NCBI GenBank assembly: GCA_016795145.1
Contig: JAEUII010000128.1
Location: 8,594 to 72,593, forward strand
Reading direction: 5' to 3'
DNA length: 64,000 nucleotides
DNA from: Planctomycetaceae bacterium
GTDB lineage: Bacteria; Planctomycetota; Planctomycetia; Planctomycetales; Planctomycetaceae
Part shown: positions 11,901 through 20,337 of the stretch, in pieces
Numbering within the stretch: position 1 is the first letter of the stretch
Layout of the letters: every line of letters starts with the position of its first letter
The notes under the pieces: model-generated
Told to the model about the DNA's origin: nothing
What the model saw: only the letters and a program-made list of their open reading frames with translations
Database searches by the model: none
Translations under genes and position numbers: made by a program

Positions 11901-14321
11901 ACGCTGTCGAACACACTGCAGGCTCAGCAGGACCTGACTGTCCAGACGCGAGATCTGTTGCCGACGAACGGAACATCAACGCTCGTCGCCGATCGGCTTC
12001 TTCTGAAGTCACAGAATTCTGCCACCGTACAAATCGATACTCGGCAGCTGGATGCCTCGTCGAACCAAAGCCTCACGTTGCTGAATCGACGTGCTTCTCT
12101 TGAACTTCAGGATCTCGACTGTGACCTGGTCGCCATCTCCACGCCAGGCGGATTCACGGAGCTTCGCAGTACCGGCTTGTTGCCTTCTTCGATCACTCAG
12201 GCACTGCCGATCACGGCTCAGCAGAATTCTCGCATCCTTGCGGACGGACTGCTGCTGACGGGCAATGCAGATGTTCTTCTTTCCAACTCAACGAATGACA
12301 TCAACACTCTGGCGTCGCAGCATTCAGGGCGACTGACTCTGGTTGACGTCGACGACCTGACGATTGGCACGGTGCGATCGACAGCAGGTGTTACTTCCGA
12401 TGATCACGATGTTCTGCTGGAAACAGGCGGTGCTCTGCAACTGACACAGGGAATCGATGCCGCAGACTCCGACATTCGCCTGCTCGTGACAGGTTCCATC
12501 CAGCAAACCGGTGGTTCGCTGATTGGCAATCATCTGGGAATTCATCAGCAGAAGACTCAGTCCAGCGACATCATTCTGAATTCCACAAACGATGTGAACA
12601 TCCTGGCAGTCCGCAATGACTCCCGAGGTGACATTCAGTTCAATGACACTGACGATCTGGTCATCGACAGTGTTTCGCGGCAGTCTCACGGGACAGTTCT
12701 GTTCGGTGGTGTGTCTGGCCTCACAAGCGCCGGAGGTGACATCATCGTTCAGGCCAACAATGATCTCACCATTCTGAAGTCTGTTGTCACGGGAGACGGC
12801 GTCGAAGACATAACATCAGCAACCGGGGAAACGATTCGATTGTCATCCGTCGATGGCAATCTCATTGTCGATGCGACGGCAGGAGCCATCGTGATCTCGA
12901 CGGACGAAAACCTTCTTCAGTCCAATGCTGAGACCGGCGACCGGATTCAACTGATTGCCGACTCGAATGGCTCTTACAACGGAGACCTCGACGGCGATTC
13001 GATTGGCGACGAACTCGATCCTGACATGGACGGCGACACGATCCCGAACGATCTCGACGGCACAGCCGACGGGGCCGTTGAAGGACGGATCACTCTGACC
13101 GGTGATGTGACTCTGCGCAGTGATGGAGGCGTGGCGCATCGCTTTGGTCCTCGCCCGTCTGTCGGTCAGCTCAATACGGCGTTCTTTGAGTTCATCACGG
13201 ATCCGCTTCCGCTGGCACTTGATAACAGCAACGCTGCGTGGAACAACGCGAATGCTTACATCGATGCGTTCTATGCGGTGATTGGTGCGTCGGGTGAGGA
13301 GAATCTTCTCGTGTCGCTCGACTGGCAGGATCCTGTCAGTGAACATCGAGTACTCACTGACGCGCTGACTCAGCAGATTGCCCAGAACCTGGGTGTGACA
13401 AGCCCGGTATCATCGGATCGTATCCAGCAGTATCTGGTGGAACAGGGTGGCCTTCGAAACATGATTGGTCACCTTTACACATCATTGGATATGACGCTGT
13501 TCCAGACTCAGCTTCGACAGACAACGATCCATGTGGAGCTGAGCGTTTCGCAGCATCCATCGCTTGCAGTCACGGGTTCCTGGATTGAACAGACGGGAAC
13601 AACTCAGGCTGTGCCGGGGAGAGACGTTGCGTCTTCCGACAATGCACTGACGGGTCCGAACGTGTTCGAAAACGGGCATGCCCAGTTTCGTATTCCGACC
13701 GTGACCCCAGCTCCTCCAGCGCTGTTCAGTGGGGCACCAGTACAACAGTTTGAGCGGCTTGTGGTGCCGGCCCCGCCGGAGGTTCAGGTGACGCCGGATC
13801 CACCAGTCTCTGCGGAACTGGGTGGCGGAGCAGTCTCGGGTTCTGCATTCTCAACGGACGTGTTCTTCCAGATTCGTCGGCAGTTTGAAGCCGACCAGCC
13901 GGCGGAAGTCGTGATCGAGCGACTCACGAACAGTCGTCTCATTTCTTCCAGAGAAGCTCTGGAAAAGTTCATTGCGCAAAACCCGGAACTCCAGGACGGT
14001 GCCGGCTATGAAATCTGGCTGATCTCCGAAACAGGCGGACGCAAGGTGGAACGTCCAATTGTGGAATTCGAAATCACGGGCGGCCATCCGGGACCAGCTC
14101 GTGAACAGTCGTCAGATTCCGAGGGACAGATGCAGCTCATTGATCTGCCGTTCGAACTTCCAAAAGAACCAGACTCGCCACCACCCAACAACAATGCGGT
14201 GCCGGGAAATGAAACGCCTCAGGCGGCAGTGGATCCGGAACATCTTCTGGACATCATTCAGGCAGGCGTGGCTCAGTTACAGATGTTGGCAGGAACAGTC
14301 GGTGCAGAGGTGACACGATGA
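5904..14321 (+). CDS. Giant (2805 aa) repeat-rich surface or adhesin-like protein
   Basis: The N-terminus is basic with RLEDRRLPDASF. About 22 tandem 71-aa N/S/T/G/A-rich units follow, with no Cys. A D-rich DLDGDSIGDELDPDMDGDTIPNDLDG motif (thrombospondin type-3-like, calcium-binding style) lies near 12981-13075. The C-terminal 500 aa are unique. Confidence 0.85.
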   Translation: MTIRAFIHRLRRSFQFWLEQQQRHRERRFQPVRLEDRRLPDASFALTGTALAVDSFDAGDSLQISYDPGTGPGTESFQLQLTSGIWDVADLPGGPFALSPDLHTLTVGASSLSQLTVDATGNALATVTQGTAFAAGQLTILSGGQVQLNAAANDFDQIAVNSDSAVVYDADDLSVTQLQTTGDATLHAVGALDNTAGAQIDVGGHAEFEGSQITLGTHLGDVVQSASLQFHSAGTVEIHADADVMLSGSSEANSLLLESSGSITNAAGATIDVTNEANFLATSVRLGFEVGDDVKLGQFSATTTSAAELSEDDSTTFGAQVHSDSLHVISQGEITNSAGSSIHVTNNADFEGNSLSLGFQAGDDVELGSLSAITTGAAELSEDDSTLISGTLQSSTLKVISTSDITNADNSSVSVTGLAAFEGNSLTLGFAAADTVNLGSISSTTTLGTSLSENSATLIEGTLQAAAVNLISAGAITNAANSNVTVTGNAAFDGTNLNLGFANNDTIQLGSFSSNTTGATELSEDDSTLITGTVQAASLNVVSTGAITNAAASTVSVTGNASFKGTSLSLGFANNDTVQLGSFSSNTTGATDLSEDDSTLISGTVSAASLTIVSAGSISDAANAAVSITGHAAFDGTSLNLGFANNDSVTLGSFSSTTTGATNLSENDGSLISGTVQAASLNLISTGTISNSAASTVSVSGNASFDGTNISIGVANNDVVTLGSFSANTPGAASLSEDDSTSIEGTVQAASLNIVSAGSITNAATSTVNISGNASFSGTSLSLGFANNDTVQLGSLSSSTTGSTAVSEDSSTLLEGIVQASTLNIVSTGSITNAANSTVNIAGNASFRGTSLNLGFASNDSVTLGSFSSNTTGASELFENDGTLISGTVQADSLKIVSVSAISNAANSTVNVTNNASFNGTSLNLGFANNDNIQLGSFSSTTTGAAALSENDSTLIEGTVQAASLNLVSAGSITNAANAGINVTNNASFNGASLNLGFANNDNVTLGSFSSSTAGATALSENDSTLIEGTVQAASLNLVSTSSMTNAANAIVNITSNASFTGASLNLGFANNDSVTLGSFSSNTTGATTLSENDSTLIEGTVQAASLNIVSAGSISNAANSGVNITNNASFNGASLDLGFANNDNVTLGSFSSSTTGATALSENDSTLIEGTVQAASLNLVSTGSMTNAANSVVNITNNASFNGASLNLGFANNDNVTLGSFSATTTGATALSENDSTLIEGTVQAASLNIVSTGSITNAANSSVSVTNNASFSGVSLNLGNANNDNIQLGSFSSNTTGATVLSENDSTLIEGTVQAASLNIASSGSITNSANSSVSITNNASFNGTSLNLGFANNDQVTLGSFSSTTTGATALSENDNTLIEGTVQAASLNIVSTGSISNAANSNVSITNNASFNGTSLNLGFANNDQVTLGSFSSTTTGATALSENDGTLIEGTVQAASLNLVSTGSISNAANSNVSITNNASFNGTSLNLGFANNDNVTLGSFTSTTTGAAELSENDSTLIEGTLQAASLNIVSTGSISNAASSSVSITNNASFNGTSLNLGFANNDNVTLGSFSSSTTGATALSENDSTLIEGTVQAASLNMVSTGSITNADSSSINVTNNASFVGTSLNLGFANNDNVQLGSFSSNTTGATVLSENNSTLIEGTVQAASLNLVSAGSISNAANSNVNITNNASFNGTSLNLGFANNDSITLGSFSSNTTGATALSENGDTLLDSQLQAGSALIRSTGNITNSPGLAVNVTGLLDLSANTITLGNNPSDSVTMGSLHFQSTGATTITANGIVLESGNQAQTVQLNSLSGISAVSSASTTITADTTTLVATNGIGTASVRVVLDTDQLQTQTGASQFLRLTGSTTLNLLKSDSGSIDIVGTDLIDGNGTNVNLDAAIGSIQLQLTGDAGQVPADVFKPGLLDVIETRSQQLSFQTPGDIAIRALQNVSLGNISGRNIWLTGDGNLNLSSASVTATNLGLIAVNGVVTLSNTLQAQQDLTVQTRDLLPTNGTSTLVADRLLLKSQNSATVQIDTRQLDASSNQSLTLLNRRASLELQDLDCDLVAISTPGGFTELRSTGLLPSSITQALPITAQQNSRILADGLLLTGNADVLLSNSTNDINTLASQHSGRLTLVDVDDLTIGTVRSTAGVTSDDHDVLLETGGALQLTQGIDAADSDIRLLVTGSIQQTGGSLIGNHLGIHQQKTQSSDIILNSTNDVNILAVRNDSRGDIQFNDTDDLVIDSVSRQSHGTVLFGGVSGLTSAGGDIIVQANNDLTILKSVVTGDGVEDITSATGETIRLSSVDGNLIVDATAGAIVISTDENLLQSNAETGDRIQLIADSNGSYNGDLDGDSIGDELDPDMDGDTIPNDLDGTADGAVEGRITLTGDVTLRSDGGVAHRFGPRPSVGQLNTAFFEFITDPLPLALDNSNAAWNNANAYIDAFYAVIGASGEENLLVSLDWQDPVSEHRVLTDALTQQIAQNLGVTSPVSSDRIQQYLVEQGGLRNMIGHLYTSLDMTLFQTQLRQTTIHVELSVSQHPSLAVTGSWIEQTGTTQAVPGRDVASSDNALTGPNVFENGHAQFRIPTVTPAPPALFSGAPVQQFERLVVPAPPEVQVTPDPPVSAELGGGAVSGSAFSTDVFFQIRRQFEADQPAEVVIERLTNSRLISSREALEKFIAQNPELQDGAGYEIWLISETGGRKVERPIVEFEITGGHPGPAREQSSDSEGQMQLIDLPFELPKEPDSPPPNNNAVPGNETPQAAVDPEHLLDIIQAGVAQLQMLAGTVGAEVTR
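6576..11292 (+). repeat. In-frame tandem array of 213-bp (71-aa) units, about 22 copies
   Basis: The consensus unit is GTVQAASLNIVSTGSITNAANSNVSITNNASFNGTSLNLGFANNDNVTLGSFSSTTTGATALSENDSTLIE. Antisense ORF starts recur at 8996, 9209, 9422, 9848, 10061 and 10274, all multiples of 213 bp apart. Confidence 0.95.
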
Positions 14322-17300
14322 CAAAGAAGTCCACTGGATCGTCCGATGAAAATAACCAGCCAGATCTGGACAAGACATTTGTCGGGCCCATGAATTCACA
14401 TGGGAGCAGCGACCAGGAATCGCAGGCCGACTCAGCGCCTTCGGCAGCCGACCAGACGTTCGTGCCGTCGCGGCCAGCATCCGACAGTTCGGACGATCTG
14501 GACGACTCCGACGAACAGCCGGGCAGTTCCAATATCGACACTACCTTTGTACCACCAGCAAGGGACATGGACGATCAGTCTGAGGCGACCATCGTTCCTG
14601 TTCGTCGAACGCCGGCATCAGGAATTGACGCAACGATCATTCCTCCATCGCCTGCTGAGAAGGATGAAGCAGACCTTCAGGCCAATTCAACCTTCGTGAT
14701 GCCAAAGTCGGCGCTGCCTCAGTCCGATGACGAAGACGCCGAAGTCACTCAGGTTCGTCCTCGCACTCCACCACGCGAAGAGCCTGCAGCCTCTGGCGAA
14801 GAACTCAACGCCGATGCGACGGCCGTGTTCTCCAGATCCATTGGGAATCGTCCGCCGGAGGATGATGACAGTGAAGGGGAAACTCTGGAACGAGGTCCGC
14901 AGTCACCAAAGACTCGAGCCAATATCCAGGGCCGTACGATTAGCCCCAAGGGTCCAGGCGCAGGCTCACAGATCTGGAATGCAGCTTCAAAAGGAGGACT
15001 TGAAAACTCAATCTCACTTCGAAAACGCGCGGTCTCCGGCAGCGGCGCAGGGCCCTTCATTCCGACGGACGACGCCGACTTCGAAGTCGTCCAGAAGCTG
15101 GCCGAAGGCGGAATGGGTGTTGTCTATGTGGCTCGCCAGAAATCGTTGAACCGCGAACTTGCGATCAAGACACTGAAAGTTCAGGGGCGTTCGGGACAGG
15201 GAACTCGAGGGCAGGGTGCGCCTTCACAGCTGACAAGGGCCGAGCGTCAGAAGCGCGAGATGTTCCTTTCGGAAGCTCTCGTGACCGCGAACCTGGTTCA
15301 CCCGAACATCATCCCGATCCATGAACTCGCGGAAACCAACGACGGCGTTCCCTATTATGTGATGAAGCGAGTCCATGGCATTCCGTGGAACAAGCGCATT
15401 CGTGAAATGTCGCTGGCACAGAATCTGGATGTGCTCCACAAAGTCTGTGACGCGATGGCGTATGCTCATCATCACGGCGTCATCAATCGCGACCTGAAAC
15501 CCGAGAATATTATGCTCGGGGAGTTCGGAGAAGTTCTGGTGCTCGACTGGGGACTCGCCGTCCCCGCGCCTCATGCCGTCGACAAGAACTTTCGCTCGCC
15601 GGCGGCATCCTTCGGAGCAGGCACGCCGGCTTACATGGCTCCGGAACTATGGACGGGGCCGGAAACTGCTATCGGTGAAGCGTCCGACATTTATCTGCTT
15701 GGCGCGATCCTCTTTGAGATCATGACGCACCTGCCGCCGCACGAGTTTCCCTCGATGCCTGCTCGCGGCACGAACATCGACATGATGAAAGTGATCGATG
15801 GGGTTCTGAGAGACAACCGAATTCGTTCAACAACTGAGTCCGGAGAATTGATGGATATCGCTATGAAGGCGATGCGGACCGATCCGGATAAACGATTTGG
15901 CAGTGTGCTGGAGTTTCAGTTTGCTGTTCGAAATTTTCAGCGGCATGAGGAAAGCCGACGACTCAGCAATCGCGCTGGCGAACTGCTCGACAGTAAAGAC
16001 GCAGCGAGGGAATATCATACCTACCAGACCGCCGCGGCACTGTTTGAGGAATCTCTGCGTACGTGGAAGAACAATGGTCCCGCGCGCAACGGCCTCCGCA
16101 CGACTCGTCTTCGCTACGCAGAACTTGCCAGCAGCAAAGGCGACTATGACCTCGGTCTTCAGATTGCCTCCCAGGAATCCGACAATGAGTTTCTTGCTCT
16201 GCAGCGGCGGCTTGTCACCGCAAGGCGCTTACGAGCCAGCGTGAAGTGGGCAGCCGTCGCAGCGATGGTCTGCGTCATTCTTCTGGGTGTGAAATCCATC
16301 TACGACAACGGCATCATCACAAACCTGAATGCGGAGGTGGAAAGTCGCCAGAAGGAAGCGGCAGACCTGATCGCAAAAGCCGAAACAGCGCGTGAAACTG
16401 CCGTGGCGGCAGAACGCGAAGCGGGGATTGCGACAGAAGCCGCTGATGCCGCGCGGAAGCAGGCAGACATGGCGATCGCCGATGCCGACTCGGCCAAGAA
16501 AACGGCCGAACAGGCGAGTAAAGAGGCGGCTCAGTCAGCAGCTCTTGCCGCCACAGAAAAGAAGAACGCCGAGGCGGCTCAGAAGATGGCCGCCGATGCA
16601 ACTCAACAGGCCGATGCGGCGCGCAAAGAAGCCATGACGGCAAAAGCCGAAGTGGCGGCGGCGACAGTTCAGGTGGCCATGGCGAAAGAACAACTGGCAG
16701 ACGCGGAAGAAAAAACGAAAGTGGCGGTCCAGCAGCAGCAACAGGCGGAGACCGCGGCCAAAGTCGCTCAGGTGGAGATTCAATCGCAGTCAATCCGAGG
16801 TCTGACGCTCAGCGAAAACTACTCCGATGCACTTCGCGAGGTAGATCGTTTGCTGGAGGGCAACCTTCTTCAACAGTTGCCGGAAGAAGTTCAACGCCAG
16901 AGACGCGCGGAGCTGGAAGCACAGCGAGATCAGCTTCTTCGCAGAACGAAGCAGTCTGATTCCCCCATTCAGTCGCAGGTGGTCAGTCCTGATGGTTCGA
17001 TCCTGGTCACAGGCGATCGCGATGGTCGCGTCGAGGTTCTTGCGAATCCCGCGGCACAGATGCAGTGGCCGAAAGACGCTGCCAGAAAACACCAGTTTGC
17101 GTCTGAAATCCTTCGGATGAAGTTTAGTGACAATCAGCGTCTCTTCATTGCGGTCGGCAATGACATTCATCTGTGGGATCTGAGCAACGGTGAGCCACGC
17201 AAGGTCTGTTCGCATTCCGAAAAGGTCTGCGGTCTTGACGTGGATTCGCGCTTCCTGATCTCAGGTGATTCTTCCGGACTCATTCTGGTCCATGATGCTC

Positions 17301-20300
17301 AAACGCTGCAACCTGTCAGTCGACTGGCGGCACTGACTCGCCTTCAGGACATTGCGATCGTCCCGGATTCAAGCGAATTCATTTACGCCGGCTCGCGCGG
17401 TGGACAGTCGGCGGACATCCTTGCCTATCGACTTCCTGAACAGGGTTCACAAGACTCCAGACCAAAGCGACTTGGACAGCTTCGACTCAGTCGTGATCAG
17501 AATGAACCACCCGCAGCGCTCGCCATTTCTCCGAATGGACAGTTTCTGACGATCAGCAACCAAACGAATGGCGAAGTCTGGGTGCTGCCACGATCGAAAG
17601 ATCCGGAGTCATCCGGGTTCCCATTTCAGCATCCGGCTGACCTTGAGCAATCAGGACAAAAGGGCTGGAAGCTGACTCGACACTTAAGACCTGTGAACGA
17701 TCTTCGCTGGTCGTCCGACAGTCTGCACCTGCTGACAGCGTCAGATGATCGTTCGATCGGTCTCTGGGATCGCCGCGAGACTGGCCAGTTGCAGCTTCGC
17801 GGTTTGATCCGTGGCCATGGGGCTCGAGTTTTGCAGTGCCTGTTTCTGAATGCGGATGCAACTCGCATCGCTTCCAGCAGCGCGGATCTTCAAAGTCGCC
17901 TGTGGGATCTGAAGACACTGGAATCTGATACGAAGCAGCTTCGCAAGGCGTTTCACCTTTCGAAGTGCGATTCGGCGGAGTCGCAGATTCGCCAGCGTGC
18001 ACTCGCGAGTTATGTTCCTGTGGCTCTGTTTCGCAACCCGCCGGAGGGTACTCCAGAGGCAGAGCAGGGCGGCGAGCCCTCCGAAGAGGATCCGATTGTT
18101 CGCCTGCCGGATGCCCCGTCGGACAGCAGAAAATCCATCACGGCCGCGGAGTCAAAAGTCCTGGAGACAATCTCCACGGCGGGACCAGTCCGAGCACTGC
18201 GCTTCGATTCGAAGGGCGGCCGACTGCTTGGCGGAACTTCCGACGGAACGCTGATCCTCTGGAACACCGAATCCGGTGAACGACTCCTCTCCGCTTCCGG
18301 CCAGGAAACGCTGCGAGAAGGCCACGAGTTTCATATTGCTCAGATGGCCGTGGCAGGAGCCGATCACAATGTTCTGATCACCGCGGGATACGATGGTACT
18401 CTTCGCCTTTGGGACTTAAGCGCTTCCGGGCGGACGGGAATTCAAAAGCAGGTTCTGAGCGGCATTGGACTGGTGAATGCGTTTGCTGCGTCCGCCGATG
18501 GCAGATGGCTGGCAACGACAGTTTCAACGGCCAGAAACGTGCAGCCAGACGGCAGCGAAAAATCCAGCGATGAACAGTTTGGTTGTCAGCTTTGGAACAT
18601 CGAGAATCTGCTGAAGCAGGAACGTCCTCAGCCTCATGCAAATCTGGGTGGCGTTCATAAGTCTGAACTCACATCGCTGTCGTTTTCTCCAAATGGTCAG
18701 TACCTCGCCACGGGAGGCCGTGACGGAGTTCTGGCCATCTGGGATCTCGCAACGAATCAGCTTCTGACTCAGACACGAGCACATCGCAGGAACACGATCA
18801 TCAGCTCACTCAACTGGCTCGACGATCAGCACATCGTGTCGGCCGGGATGGATGGTCAGTTGCTGACCTGGGCTCTCACAACGTCAGCCAAAGAAAATTC
18901 CTCCACAGAGCTGACTCGTCAATCATCCATGGAACGCGATCAAACGCCGATCGAACGAGTTTCTGTTTCGCCCGATCGTACTCAGATGCTGGTGATCTCG
19001 GTCGATACCGACAGAAAAACGCGGCAGACGAAATCGACTGTGGAACTTCGAAGCACCAAAGACGGCAGTGTCCGGCAGCCTCTGATTCTTGCGAACGTCG
19101 AAGGCCGCGCGCCGACTCAGATCTCGGCGGCGCAATGGTCTCTGAATGGACAGCAGGTGCTGTTGGCCACGAACGTTGGGATTCAGGAAGTTCGATCGCC
19201 GGAATGGAAAGTCGTTCGAGTCTTCAGTGCGGGGTCGGGTGTTTCAGACGCCCAGTTTGTCCCTCACACCGGAGATGCAAAACCTCAGGAGCAGGATTCC
19301 AACATTCTGACATTCGACGGGAACACGGCCCGACTGTGGAACAATCAGAGTCGGAAACAGATCGCTTCCTTCCGAGGCCCGTTTCCAATTCGAGATGTTG
19401 CACTCACCAGTGGCGAATCGCCTCTTGCTGTCAGCGCTGGACTGACACTTCGCATTTTTGATGGAACGATGACCGCGGGGCAGGGCGGTAAGCCTTTGTT
19501 TCGACTACCGGAAGAACAGGGCGTTGAGGTGACATGTCTGGCTCCCGATGAACAGACGTCGTCGCGACTGGCCTTCGCGGATTCTACAGGAGTCATCCGT
19601 CTGGGGCAGTGGGATCAGGCCACAAACACATTGATGATTCGATGGAGTTTCAAGGCTGTTGAATCGCCTGTCGTCGCACTTCGCTGGACGCCTCAGCATG
19701 ATCAACTGGCCGTTGTTTCGATACTGGGAGAAGTCGTTCTGCTGAATACCGATGGCGTCGCCACTGCTCGCACAACGATTCCCGACAACCAGTCGTATCG
19801 CATTTCCAGCGCGGATATCGACAGCACCGGACGAATGCTCTCTCTCGCCGGCGAGCGAGTTTCCACGTCGGAATCCATCGGCTGGATCCTGAGCGATCTG
19901 ATTGCGGACCACACTGAACAGAACGTTGTGAATGAGCCGATCGCCGCGAAGCCAGCAAACATCGTCTGTCAGTTCTCAGGCCACAGCGCGGGTGGAATCA
20001 CGGCCGTGCGATTCATCCCTTCGTCGCCGTACTTGATCTCCGGCGGACACGACGGAGCCATCATCATCTGGAACTGGCAAAACCCACTCCCCGGCGCGGT
20101 GCCGTCAGCGTACGAAGCCTTTCGGTTCCTGTCACAGACACTACCCTCCGCCCACGCCGCTCCCGTCACATCGCTGGATGTTTCATCATCGCATCTCGCC
20201 AGCGCGGGTGAAGATGGCAAAGTGATTCTCTGGAACCTGCCCGAGTCCATTACCGCCGTTCGCGCCGCCGCCGCGGACATCGGACAGGAAATGAGTGACG

Positions 20301-20308
20301 GAAAATAA
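14318..20308 (+). CDS. Ser/Thr protein kinase with a disordered N-terminus, single TM, coiled coil and WD40 repeats (1996 aa)
   Basis: The Hanks kinase motifs are GGMGVVYVA, AIKTLK, NRDLKPEN, DWG and AYMAPE (nt about 15080-15940). A TM segment KWAAVAAMVCVILLGV lies near 16244-16303. An A/E/K-rich coiled coil spans about 16320-16790. Many WD40-type blades are present (SGDSSGLILVHD, TASDDRSIGLWD, TAGYDGTLRLWD, SGGHDGAIIIWN). The ATG overlaps the upstream stop codon as ATGA. Confidence 0.9.
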   Translation: MTKKSTGSSDENNQPDLDKTFVGPMNSHGSSDQESQADSAPSAADQTFVPSRPASDSSDDLDDSDEQPGSSNIDTTFVPPARDMDDQSEATIVPVRRTPASGIDATIIPPSPAEKDEADLQANSTFVMPKSALPQSDDEDAEVTQVRPRTPPREEPAASGEELNADATAVFSRSIGNRPPEDDDSEGETLERGPQSPKTRANIQGRTISPKGPGAGSQIWNAASKGGLENSISLRKRAVSGSGAGPFIPTDDADFEVVQKLAEGGMGVVYVARQKSLNRELAIKTLKVQGRSGQGTRGQGAPSQLTRAERQKREMFLSEALVTANLVHPNIIPIHELAETNDGVPYYVMKRVHGIPWNKRIREMSLAQNLDVLHKVCDAMAYAHHHGVINRDLKPENIMLGEFGEVLVLDWGLAVPAPHAVDKNFRSPAASFGAGTPAYMAPELWTGPETAIGEASDIYLLGAILFEIMTHLPPHEFPSMPARGTNIDMMKVIDGVLRDNRIRSTTESGELMDIAMKAMRTDPDKRFGSVLEFQFAVRNFQRHEESRRLSNRAGELLDSKDAAREYHTYQTAAALFEESLRTWKNNGPARNGLRTTRLRYAELASSKGDYDLGLQIASQESDNEFLALQRRLVTARRLRASVKWAAVAAMVCVILLGVKSIYDNGIITNLNAEVESRQKEAADLIAKAETARETAVAAEREAGIATEAADAARKQADMAIADADSAKKTAEQASKEAAQSAALAATEKKNAEAAQKMAADATQQADAARKEAMTAKAEVAAATVQVAMAKEQLADAEEKTKVAVQQQQQAETAAKVAQVEIQSQSIRGLTLSENYSDALREVDRLLEGNLLQQLPEEVQRQRRAELEAQRDQLLRRTKQSDSPIQSQVVSPDGSILVTGDRDGRVEVLANPAAQMQWPKDAARKHQFASEILRMKFSDNQRLFIAVGNDIHLWDLSNGEPRKVCSHSEKVCGLDVDSRFLISGDSSGLILVHDAQTLQPVSRLAALTRLQDIAIVPDSSEFIYAGSRGGQSADILAYRLPEQGSQDSRPKRLGQLRLSRDQNEPPAALAISPNGQFLTISNQTNGEVWVLPRSKDPESSGFPFQHPADLEQSGQKGWKLTRHLRPVNDLRWSSDSLHLLTASDDRSIGLWDRRETGQLQLRGLIRGHGARVLQCLFLNADATRIASSSADLQSRLWDLKTLESDTKQLRKAFHLSKCDSAESQIRQRALASYVPVALFRNPPEGTPEAEQGGEPSEEDPIVRLPDAPSDSRKSITAAESKVLETISTAGPVRALRFDSKGGRLLGGTSDGTLILWNTESGERLLSASGQETLREGHEFHIAQMAVAGADHNVLITAGYDGTLRLWDLSASGRTGIQKQVLSGIGLVNAFAASADGRWLATTVSTARNVQPDGSEKSSDEQFGCQLWNIENLLKQERPQPHANLGGVHKSELTSLSFSPNGQYLATGGRDGVLAIWDLATNQLLTQTRAHRRNTIISSLNWLDDQHIVSAGMDGQLLTWALTTSAKENSSTELTRQSSMERDQTPIERVSVSPDRTQMLVISVDTDRKTRQTKSTVELRSTKDGSVRQPLILANVEGRAPTQISAAQWSLNGQQVLLATNVGIQEVRSPEWKVVRVFSAGSGVSDAQFVPHTGDAKPQEQDSNILTFDGNTARLWNNQSRKQIASFRGPFPIRDVALTSGESPLAVSAGLTLRIFDGTMTAGQGGKPLFRLPEEQGVEVTCLAPDEQTSSRLAFADSTGVIRLGQWDQATNTLMIRWSFKAVESPVVALRWTPQHDQLAVVSILGEVVLLNTDGVATARTTIPDNQSYRISSADIDSTGRMLSLAGERVSTSESIGWILSDLIADHTEQNVVNEPIAAKPANIVCQFSGHSAGGITAVRFIPSSPYLISGGHDGAIIIWNWQNPLPGAVPSAYEAFRFLSQTLPSAHAAPVTSLDVSSSHLASAGEDGKVILWNLPESITAVRAAAADIGQEMSDGK

Positions 20309-20337
20309 TCGCCGACCCGTTCCGTCGGCCCCGGGCA

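Noticed and set aside
6231-11914. A long series of minus-strand ORFs (64-266 aa) inside the giant gene, recurring every 213 bp (for example 8996..9190, 9209..9403, 10274..11074).
   Set aside because: They are antisense shadows of the tandem coding repeat. Their periodicity simply mirrors the sense-strand unit. The sense frame is uninterrupted for 2805 codons, and the antisense products are low-complexity with no start-site context.
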